IMG/VR virus record: IMGVR_UViG_3300046678_000067
Coordinates: 32,001 to 96,000 of that record
Source of the DNA: a virus
Taxonomy: Duplodnaviria > Caudoviricetes
Direction: 5' to 3' (one strand)
Length of the DNA stretch: 64,000 nucleotides
Position 1 is the first letter of the stretch, and every line of letters starts with the position of its first letter. Below, one piece after another: positions 28,294 through 34,902 of the stretch. A program made the position numbers and the translations under genes. The notes below the pieces were generated by a model. The model was not told the DNA's origin and ran no database searches. It worked only from the letters and a program-made list of their open reading frames with translations.

Positions 28294-28482
28294 ATGTCTC
28301 GTCAAAGTAAGAATGTGAAGAAGCGCGCAGAAGCAAAGCAGATCACCGCGATGCACAAGAAGGGCGAAAAGGGTCCGAAGCAAACCAAGGCTGTACACGG
28401 TAAAGACCCTGCGAAGCGTCTGTATACGAAGTTGAAGCGCGGCCCGAATGATACGTCGCGTGAGAAGGCAAAGACTAAGTAG
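28294..28482 (+). CDS. Small, highly basic protein
   Basis: 62 aa, very K/R-rich; AGGT RBS-like upstream. Confidence 0.7.
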   Translation: MSRQSKNVKKRAEAKQITAMHKKGEKGPKQTKAVHGKDPAKRLYTKLKRGPNDTSREKAKTK

Positions 28483-28491
28483 TTTTACTGA

Positions 28492-28575
28492 GGATAGGTT
28501 GCTGAGTGGTCAAAAGCGCCGGATTGCAAACCCGGTTCGAAAGATTCGTGGGTTCGAATCCCTCTCTATCCTCCA
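28492..28575 (+). tRNA. tRNA-Cys(GCA) with long variable region
   Basis: CCGGA-TT-GCA-AA-CCCGG; T73; CCA. Confidence 0.88.
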
Positions 28576-28577
28576 AT

Positions 28578-28653
28578 CGAGAAGTAGCTCAGTCGGTAGA
28601 GCAACGGATTCATATTCCGTGTGTCGGCGGTTCGATCCCGCCTTTCTCGACCA
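28578..28653 (+). tRNA. tRNA-Met/Ile2(CAT)
   Basis: ACGGA-TT-CAT-AT-TCCGT; CCA. Confidence 0.9.
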
Positions 28654-28658
28654 AATCT

Positions 28659-28787
28659 CGGAACTTATCCAAGTGGTAAGGAAACCCGTGTGTATCGGGA
28701 AGTAATGAAATTCAAACGGCGTCGGAGTACGATACGAGTTGAGTAGTGAAAATGAAATTGCTAGTTCGATTCTAGCAGTTCCGACCA
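28659..28787 (+). ncRNA. tRNA-like RNA with ~80-nt insert replacing the anticodon arm
   Basis: CGGAACT/AGTTCCG-A-CCA, D-arm, GCTAG-TTCGATT-CTAGC T-arm. Confidence 0.75.
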
Positions 28788-28792
28788 GTTTA

Positions 28793-28907
28793 GATTGTGT
28801 GTCAAGGCGACCACTATACAGGATGATGTGGGGAAGCGACAAAACAGGCGTCGGTCCTTCCAGGTATAGCGTTCCACAGATAGGTTCGATTCCTTACGCA
28901 ATCACCA
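28793..28907 (+). ncRNA. tRNA-like RNA with long internal hairpin
   Basis: GATTGTG/CGCAATC-A-CCA, AGGTTCGATTCCT T-arm; CTATAC/GTATAG, GGAAG/CTTCC, CGAC/GTCG inner helices. Confidence 0.72.
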
Positions 28908-28915
28908 AGTTTTAT

Positions 28916-28990
28916 CCCGCGTTCGTTTATTGGTAGGATGGGCGATATGTTCATCGTCAGAATGAGGTTCGATTCCTTGACGCGGGGCCA
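28916..28990 (+). tRNA. tRNA-sized RNA with non-canonical anticodon loop (undetermined)
   Basis: CCCGCGT/ACGCGGG-G-CCA; GGCGAT-ATGTTC-ATCGTC arm lacks a 7-nt loop. Confidence 0.7.
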
Positions 28991-29010
28991 GTACTAAGTA
29001 TTATTACAAT

Positions 29011-29086
29011 ACCAGGGTAACTCAGTTGGTAGAGTAGCGGACCGATAATCCGTTAGTCGCAGGTTCGAGTCCTGCCCCTGGTACCA
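29011..29086 (+). tRNA. tRNA-Ile(GAT)
   Basis: GCGGA-CC-GAT-AA-TCCGT; CCA. Confidence 0.92.
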
Positions 29087-29102
29087 AATTTGAAAGGATG
29101 AT

Positions 29103-29357
29103 ATGGGAAAGTTTTCTGAATTGCATGAACGTATTGAGGAACCGGATGAATCTGGTTTCATTCATAATGCTACTGCTCAAGCTAGACATCCTGGATCTAT
29201 CCGGCATGAAGCAAGGGTAAAGCCGGTTGGTTCTAAGTACCGGGTTACTCATTATCAAAACGGCAAGTATCAAGGCAAAGCCTCTGATCGGCATTTTGAT
29301 GATAAAGACGAAGCGATCAATCACGCTAACACTCACGTGCAGCGAAACGTTCGCTAA
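29103..29357 (+). CDS. Hypothetical protein
   Basis: 84-aa ORF with AAGGA RBS. Confidence 0.65.
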   Translation: MGKFSELHERIEEPDESGFIHNATAQARHPGSIRHEARVKPVGSKYRVTHYQNGKYQGKASDRHFDDKDEAINHANTHVQRNVR

Positions 29358-29367
29358 GTAATTTTAT

Positions 29368-29457
29368 GGAAATGTGGCAGAGAGGTCTATTGCACCTGCC
29401 TAGAAAGCAGACGGTCGGTTCGCTGGCCCGTGAGTTCGAATCTCACCGTTTCCGCCA
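29368..29457 (+). tRNA. tRNA-Ser(AGA)
   Basis: Ser-type body (long variable arm, G73); loop CT-AGA-AA. Confidence 0.85.
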
Positions 29458-29464
29458 AGTTTAT

Positions 29465-29553
29465 GGAAGTTTGCCAGAGTGGCTTATTGGGTCTCCCTGC
29501 TAAGGAGCACGCTGGAAAACGGCACGAAGGTTCGAATCCTTCAACTTCCGCCA
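29465..29553 (+). tRNA. tRNA-Ser(GCT)
   Basis: CTCC-CT-GCT-AA-GGAG; long variable arm; CCA. Confidence 0.92.
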
Positions 29554-29627
29554 ATTAGGAGATTTATGTTTATTGTTCATCATTATAAGGCTTCTCATAT
29601 AGGTAACTAACCTTATGAGGAGCAAAA

Positions 29628-30062
29628 ATGAGCAGAACCTTTCGACGTAAGAATATTGAAGATACATACGGTTGCAGTTGGAACCGTCGCGGTCGTAAGT
29701 CGGGTGGCTTCTATAGCACCTATGATGCTGGTGAGATGGGCAAGAAGCGTTTCACCAAGCGACATGAATATGAAGAAGATGGTTTGATCTTCATCGAATG
29801 TAAGACTGGGTGGACTTGGAAACGAGATTGCCCAACTTATCGTCCGATGACTGATGCTGAGCGTAATGATCGCTTTCGCCGGTTACACGGAGAAAGCCGC
29901 AGCCGTAATGCTTGGACTCCTGGTCGATCCTATCGTCATGCGCGTGAAGTAAGATTGAGGACTCACAATAAGCAGGAGTTGATTCGTTATATGAAAGACC
30001 CTGAGAATTATGAGCCTATGGTGTTTGAGAATCCCGAGAGTCATATGTGGGATTGGTCGTAA
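29628..30062 (+). CDS. Basic hypothetical protein
   Basis: 144 aa, GAGGAG RBS, MSRTFRRK start. Confidence 0.75.
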   Translation: MSRTFRRKNIEDTYGCSWNRRGRKSGGFYSTYDAGEMGKKRFTKRHEYEEDGLIFIECKTGWTWKRDCPTYRPMTDAERNDRFRRLHGESRSRNAWTPGRSYRHAREVRLRTHNKQELIRYMKDPENYEPMVFENPESHMWDWS

Positions 30063-30225
30063 AGAGTACAATCGACAGTCAGCGGGCTTTAAACTCCCGC
30101 CTAATGCAAGCTGAAGTTACAGCTGATTCCCCTTGGACGCTTGGGGATACGATATGCTTAAGAGAAGCCACCCGGCACCTTGAAGTGTCTACGGGACGAT
30201 GGTACCCCGTCCGAATTAACAAAGG

Positions 30226-31056
30226 ATGAGAATGAAAAAGCTACTTGCTGCACTATTGATCGCCGCTGGCGTATTTGGTCTAGTTGACGGTTCTACCGCA
30301 GCTACAAATGAAGTTGGACAAACGTCTAGTATTGCTGTTGAGGCACCTTTTGGTCTACCGACTGACAACGTAGATGGTACGATTGTAGCTCACAAGGCTT
30401 TCGTATTGAAGCACGATAATGCGGCCAAGATTCCGGTTTGGGTTGCTTATACCCTAACTCCTCAACATACTGAAGGGTTAGTTGCACGTCAGGATAGTTT
30501 TAAGGCCGATGCTCTTCTACACGAAGGTCAACGGGCTGAACTGAATGACTATCGCAATAGCGGCTATGACAAGGGCCATTTGGCTAACAATGCAGATATG
30601 GCTTGGGAACTAGATGTCGACCAGGACAGTTTCCTGTTGTCTAATATGGCACCTCAACTACATGCTTTCAATGCAGGTATTTGGGAGGAACTGGAAGAAA
30701 ATGTTCGCGGTTGGGCGTTTAATCGTCAACACACGATGCTAGTATATGATGGTCCAATCTACAATAAGCAAGATAAGACTATCGGCGCTGATCACGTAGT
30801 TGTCCCGCATTCGTTCTATAAGATCGTTGTGGATGAAGTAACTAAAGAGTCTATGACTTTTGTGTTCCCTCATCAGGCTATCTCGATTAAAGCTGATATG
30901 ACGCCTTATCTGGTATCTGTCGATGCGGTTGAGAAAGCGACTGGCGTTTCATTCCCGGTTCCTGGTAGTAAGACAGTGGTTGCTAAGGTTGTATGGCCGG
31001 ATGATCTATCGAAGTTTAAAGCCGATAAATCAGCGAAAAAAGCAGCCGCTAAGTAA
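30226..31056 (+). CDS. DNA/RNA non-specific endonuclease with signal peptide
   Basis: PVWVAYTL, SGYDKGHL, LSNMAPQ..FNAGIW..LE, VPHSFYK; MKKLLAALLIAAG leader. Confidence 0.92.
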   Translation: MRMKKLLAALLIAAGVFGLVDGSTAATNEVGQTSSIAVEAPFGLPTDNVDGTIVAHKAFVLKHDNAAKIPVWVAYTLTPQHTEGLVARQDSFKADALLHEGQRAELNDYRNSGYDKGHLANNADMAWELDVDQDSFLLSNMAPQLHAFNAGIWEELEENVRGWAFNRQHTMLVYDGPIYNKQDKTIGADHVVVPHSFYKIVVDEVTKESMTFVFPHQAISIKADMTPYLVSVDAVEKATGVSFPVPGSKTVVAKVVWPDDLSKFKADKSAKKAAAK

Positions 31057-31074
31057 TTTTGTAAGAAAGAAAAT

Positions 31075-31150
31075 GACGCGTTAACTCAGCTGGTAGAGTG
31101 CTAGACTGTCTATCTGGAAGTCAGGGGTTCGAATCCCCTACGCGTCGCCA
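31075..31150 (+). tRNA. tRNA-Asp(GTC)
   Basis: Cloverleaf, CT-GTC-TA loop, CCA. Confidence 0.92.
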
Positions 31151-31157
31151 AATTAAT

Positions 31158-31231
31158 GCAGGTGTGGTATAGAGGTTGTGCCTTGGACTTCCACTCCAAT
31201 GAGACGGGTTCGAATCCTGTCACCTGCTCCA
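31158..31231 (+). tRNA. tRNA-Gly(TCC)
   Basis: TTGGA-CT-TCC-AC-TCCAA; CCA. Confidence 0.92.
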
Positions 31232-31241
31232 AATAGGAAAT

Positions 31242-31451
31242 GTGATGTATCGTTACAAAGATATGGTTGCTGCTGGTACTTCGGTTCTGGGAACTCTCAT
31301 CAAAGAGAAAGCGCATCCTTCTGTAATTGAGACAGTATATCAACGCGCTAATGCGGATTTTCTGAAAAGCTATCCGCAATGCGATGATGCTTGGTTTATG
31401 AGGATGAATAATGGGATCGTTAGTAAAGCTGATCAAAGACTGTCTAACTGA
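31242..31451 (+). CDS. Hypothetical protein
   Basis: 69-aa ORF with AGGA RBS. Confidence 0.5.
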   Translation: MMYRYKDMVAAGTSVLGTLIKEKAHPSVIETVYQRANADFLKSYPQCDDAWFMRMNNGIVSKADQRLSN

Positions 31452-31662
31452 AAATGATGGCGTGTCTTATTGTCCTTTCCGCGTAGCTGGTGCAGCTTTG
31501 GCCACTTCTGGAATTCCGGCTTTCGTCGGTGGGGCTATCGTTGATATCTATAAGCACGGTACTCTTGATTATGTAACATTCGGCACTGGTTTCGGTGCTA
31601 TGATGGCCGGTCTTGCTGCCCTAGCTGGCGGCGTAGCTTTTAAAGCGAAAACCGACCGTTAA
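31411..31662 (+). CDS. Small two-helix membrane protein
   Basis: Two hydrophobic Gly/Ala-rich segments; GAGGA RBS. Confidence 0.65.
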   Translation: MGSLVKLIKDCLTENDGVSYCPFRVAGAALATSGIPAFVGGAIVDIYKHGTLDYVTFGTGFGAMMAGLAALAGGVAFKAKTDR

Positions 31663-31726
31663 TGTTGTACTAAGTATTTTTTGTAGAGTCTCCTTAAGGG
31701 ATGATTCTTCAAGCTCATACTTAGGA

Positions 31727-31799
31727 GTGGCTATATCTTAATTGGTAAAGAACTGGACTGTGAATCCGGTAAATATGGGTTCAAGCCCCATTAGTCACC
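31727..31799 (+). tRNA. tRNA-His(GTG), no encoded G-1 or CCA
   Basis: CTGGA-CT-GTG-AA-TCCGG; GTGGCTA/TAGTCAC-C then CCT. Confidence 0.88.
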
Positions 31800-31830
31800 C
31801 CTAAGTAAGTTTATGTAGTTGTTTTACTAT

Positions 31831-31906
31831 TCCTCAGTAGCTCAGTTGGTAGAGCGTCGCACTGTTAATGCGTTGGTCGTAGGTTCAAGTCCTGCCTGGG
31901 GAGCCA
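31831..31906 (+). tRNA. tRNA-Asn(GTT)
   Basis: CT-GTT-AA loop; CCA. Confidence 0.92.
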
Positions 31907-31925
31907 GATTTTTGTAGTAACCTGT

Positions 31926-31997
31926 TGCGGGTTCCCAAGGGGGACTGCGGTCTCATAAGCCGTCTGGGAGTGGGTTCGATTCCTGCGCCCGCAACCA
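31926..31997 (+). tRNA. tRNA-Met(CAT), initiator-like with reduced D-arm
   Basis: GCGGT-CT-CAT-AA-GCCGT; GCCCGCA-A-CCA. Confidence 0.8.
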
Positions 31998-32007
31998 AAG
32001 TTTCATT

Positions 32008-32083
32008 CCGCGAGTAGCTCAATTGGTAGAGCGCTACCCTGAAGAGGTAGGCGTTGGAGGTTCAAGTCCTTCCTTGCGGACCA
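32008..32083 (+). tRNA. tRNA-Phe(GAA)
   Basis: CTACC-CT-GAA-GA-GGTAG; CCA. Confidence 0.92.
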
Positions 32084-32092
32084 AGTTTCAAT

Positions 32093-32171
32093 CCTCGGTT
32101 TAGTGTAGAGGCCAAGCACAGTTGGGCGTCTAGTCCCTTCAGACATGGGTTCGAATCCCATAACCAGAGGT
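32093..32171 (+). tRNA. Degenerate tRNA-like element with TCTAG in an enlarged loop
   Basis: Intact D-arm and ATGGG-TTCGAAT-CCCAT T-arm; bulged acceptor; GGG-CGTCTAGT-CCC; no CCA. Confidence 0.55.
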
Positions 32172-32182
32172 CCGAGTTTAAT

Positions 32183-32258
32183 CAGGGTGTAATGTCAGCG
32201 GTAGACGGCGTGCTTTGGAAGCATGAGGCCGTAGGTTCGATCCCTACCACCCTGACCA
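32183..32258 (+). tRNA. tRNA-Pro(TGG)
   Basis: CGTGC-TT-TGG-AA-GCATG; CCA. Confidence 0.92.
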
Positions 32259-32266
32259 AGTTTTAT

Positions 32267-32351
32267 GCGCGAGTGATGGAATTGGTAGTCTTGTCCGCCT
32301 TAGAAGCGGATGCCGTGAGGCGTGTCGGTTCGAGTCCGACCTTGCGCACCA
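32267..32351 (+). tRNA. tRNA-Leu(TAG)
   Basis: TCCGC-CT-TAG-AA-GCGGA; long variable arm; CCA. Confidence 0.92.
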
Positions 32352-32457
32352 AGTTTTAAAGAATTTGCCTTGCCACCAGTGGCGGTAAATGAAGACCGTT
32401 TGAGGAGATAATCGCGGCGCCAGTTCCCCGAAGTTACTGGTTTCTCCACTAATTATT

Positions 32458-32542
32458 GCCAGAGTGGTGTAATAGGTAGATGCAGCGGATTCAAAATCCG
32501 CCGTCGAAAGGCGTGCCGGTTCGAATCCGGCCTTTGGCACCA
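32458..32542 (+). tRNA. tRNA-Leu(CAA)
   Basis: GCGGA-TT-CAA-AA-TCCGC; CCA. Confidence 0.92.
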
Positions 32543-32605
32543 AATTCCTCATGTTCGGGAAAATATGGGAAGGGATCGTTGACGGGCAACGTTAAAATCC
32601 GCAAT

Positions 32606-32682
32606 GCCCCGTTAGCTCAGTTGGCCAGAGCGTCTGCCTTGTAAGCAGAGGGTCGGCGGTTCGAATCCGTCACGTGGCACCA
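32606..32682 (+). tRNA. tRNA-Thr(TGT)
   Basis: TCTGC-CT-TGT-AA-GCAGA; CCA. Confidence 0.92.
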
Positions 32683-32699
32683 GAATTATGTTTTACTGT

Positions 32700-32775
32700 T
32701 GGGGTGTCGCCTAGAGGCCCAAGGCAATCGGCTTTGACCCGGTTATCGTAGGTTCGAATCCTACCGCCCCTGCCA
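32700..32775 (+). tRNA. tRNA-Gln(TTG)
   Basis: ATCGG-CT-TTG-AC-CCGGT; CCA. Confidence 0.92.
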
Positions 32776-32860
32776 ATTTCAGGCGATTCACCGCCTTAAG
32801 TGTGAACTTGAAATAGTATGATTGTGTTCGCCGGTACACGTAAAATAACGGCACGATTTT

Positions 32861-32939
32861 GGGCTTTGGGACTGCTTGGAGTGGTCGCCTGCTTTGCAAG
32901 CAGGATAACAGGTCGGTTCGAATCCGACAAGGTCCACCA
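32861..32939 (+). tRNA. tRNA-Ala(TGC)
   Basis: CCTGC-TT-TGC-AA-GCAGG; G3:U70; CCA. Confidence 0.9.
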
Positions 32940-32945
32940 AGATTC

Positions 32946-33032
32946 GGAGTGGAAGCATCAACGGTGATGCAGCGGACTGTAAATCCGCCGCCCCAACGGG
33001 CACGCCTGGTTCGATCCCAGGACACTCCACCA
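32946..33032 (+). tRNA. tRNA-Tyr(GTA)
   Basis: GCGGA-CT-GTA-AA-TCCGC; long variable arm; CCA. Confidence 0.92.
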
Positions 33033-33037
33033 ATTAT

Positions 33038-33177
33038 GGGATGATCTACACAAGTATATTGTGGAACCTTTTCTGCTAGCGCTGGCCGCATCGGAGAAGC
33101 AATATATTTGCTCCGGTGCACGTAGAATGCTGGGTTGATCTCCAGCTGGGTTGGTTCGACTCCTTCTCATCCCTCCG
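33038..33177 (+). ncRNA. tRNA-like RNA with large insert
   Basis: GGGATGA/TCATCCC acceptor-like stem, GGTTCGACTCC T-loop, inner CCGGAG.AAGCAA/TTGCTCCGG-type hairpin; ends TCCG. Confidence 0.6.
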
Positions 33178-33220
33178 TATTAGGCTCACCGGATGCCGCA
33201 TTAGAAAATTCGGTACCAAT

Positions 33221-33295
33221 GTCGCATTCGTCTATCGGTTAGGACATCAGGTTTTCAACCTGGTAAGGCGGGTTCAACTCCCGCATGCGACTCCA
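33221..33295 (+). tRNA. tRNA-Glu(TTC)
   Basis: TCAGG-TT-TTC-AA-CCTGG; CCA. Confidence 0.92.
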
Positions 33296-33345
33296 AATTA
33301 ACAACGCTGCTGACGCCTCTTTACAATGCGAAACACAGCAGAAAT

Positions 33346-33421
33346 GAGTGGTTGTTCTAACTGGTAAGATGCTGGCCTCCAAAGCCATGCGATCAGGGTT
33401 CAAATCCTTGGCTGCTCGCCA
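33346..33421 (+). tRNA. tRNA-Trp(CCA)
   Basis: TGGC-CT-CCA-AA-GCCA; CCA end. Confidence 0.88.
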
Positions 33422-33456
33422 ATTTTGTATAATAAACTTTCATATATGGTTCATTT

Positions 33457-33490
33457 AAGCCCTGGGGAAACTCAGGGCTTTTTCTTTTTC
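33457..33490 (+). terminator. Terminator of the tRNA cluster
   Basis: AAGCCCTGGG-GAAA-CTCAGGGCTT followed by T tract. Confidence 0.85.
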
Positions 33491-33546
33491 TTTTCCGCAT
33501 ATTAGGGTATAATAGATGTATCCTAACGATGGAGAGTATGTAAAAG

Positions 33547-33813
33547 ATGGCTGAAGCTAAAAGTATTAAAGTCTCTCGTGTGGTTGAGATTCCGGGAGTT
33601 CAACTAGACATGGATGTCGATGAAGCTATGATGCTTCGTGATGTTCTGTATAAGGTTGGTGGGTTTGAAGCTAGTCGAAGGATTCATGCAGATAGAATTC
33701 TGCAGGTTCTCGACAAACTTGTTCCTGTAAAGACCTGGTCCGATAAACCCGACTTGGTAGTCAGCAATGATGGATTGTGGTTCAAGTCGCCTAGTGAAAT
33801 GGAAGGGAGTTAA
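33547..33813 (+). CDS. Hypothetical protein
   Basis: 88-aa ORF downstream of TAGGGTATAAT promoter element. Confidence 0.65.
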   Translation: MAEAKSIKVSRVVEIPGVQLDMDVDEAMMLRDVLYKVGGFEASRRIHADRILQVLDKLVPVKTWSDKPDLVVSNDGLWFKSPSEMEGS

Positions 33814-33815
33814 TT

Positions 33816-34889
33816 TTGAGTAAGCGTATTGGTGTATTGGCAGGGCGTTTCGCAGGTTATCATTTGAGTCATCACGAGCACGTTGTTCGTGCGGCCAACG
33901 AGAATGATGTTGTAGTGATTCTTTTGGGTTCGAGCAATCGTCGCATTTCGATTAAGAATCCATTCACGGTTGATCAGCGTCGTGAGATGATCATGGCGAA
34001 TATTAATAGCGATTTCAATATTCCCCATAAGGTCAAGTTCGTATTCAAGGAACTGCCGGATAATCCTTTTGATAACTATGCCTGGGCGCAAACCGTTCGT
34101 CATCTGGTTAACTCTCAAGCTCGTTGGGAAGACAAGATCACGTTGTACGGTAGCGATAAGGATGAATCGACGTTCTATCTGAAGATGTTCCCGGAATGGA
34201 ATCAGGGTCTGACTGAAGCAACTAGCAACTTTGATGCATCTGCTCTGCGTAAGGCCTGGTTCGAAGGGCATCAAACTGATCGTTTCTTCAAGGATTTGCG
34301 CGATAAGGTTCCTTACGCAACGATGGACTTTCTCCGCTCGCTGAAGTTCAATGAAGACCTTCAAGACGAATGGAAGTATTATCAAGATGAAGCGCTTCGT
34401 TTCAAGTGTTATCCGTATGCTGACACGCTGAACTTCTGCTGCGGTGATGCTATTGTTCGTTGGCGCGATTACATCTTGTTCATCCGTCGCGGCCGCACTC
34501 CTGGTAAGGGTTGTTTGGCTACTCCAGGCGGATTCAAGAATCGCGATGAGACGTATATGCAAGCTGCGATTCGGGAATTCTATGAGGAATGTCGTCCCAA
34601 TATTCCTCCTGCGGCTCTGGAGAAGTGTATCAAGACTTCTCATCTGTATGATGATGTTAGCCGTTCATTGGGTATTCCGCGTAATACGTTGGGCGTGTAT
34701 TTCGATCTCACCCCTATGTTTGATGATTTCCCTGAAATCTACCCGGCTGATGATGCGGCAAGCCACGAATGGATCCATATCGGTCAACTTGACGATGTAG
34801 CCAAAGAGACGTATGATGACCACGTCTTCATGGTGAAAGACCTGATTAAAAAATCAGACGATATTGACGAACTTCTGCTTCAACTTTAA
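33816..34889 (+). CDS. Bifunctional NMN adenylyltransferase / Nudix ADP-ribose pyrophosphatase (NadM-Nudix, NatV-like)
   Basis: GRFAGYHLSH, KNPFT..R, KDESTFYLKMFPEW; Nudix box PGGF..ETYMQAAIREFYEE; ADDA. Confidence 0.92.
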   Translation: MSKRIGVLAGRFAGYHLSHHEHVVRAANENDVVVILLGSSNRRISIKNPFTVDQRREMIMANINSDFNIPHKVKFVFKELPDNPFDNYAWAQTVRHLVNSQARWEDKITLYGSDKDESTFYLKMFPEWNQGLTEATSNFDASALRKAWFEGHQTDRFFKDLRDKVPYATMDFLRSLKFNEDLQDEWKYYQDEALRFKCYPYADTLNFCCGDAIVRWRDYILFIRRGRTPGKGCLATPGGFKNRDETYMQAAIREFYEECRPNIPPAALEKCIKTSHLYDDVSRSLGIPRNTLGVYFDLTPMFDDFPEIYPADDAASHEWIHIGQLDDVAKETYDDHVFMVKDLIKKSDDIDELLLQL

Positions 34890-34902
34890 TAGGAAATAAC
34901 AA

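Noticed and set aside
33038-33177. tmRNA
   Set aside because: Only ~140 nt, no G3:U70 pair, no CCA and no tag reading frame evident.
32054-33301. Short ORFs across the tRNA cluster (also 28448-29336)
   Set aside because: They overlap clear tRNA genes.
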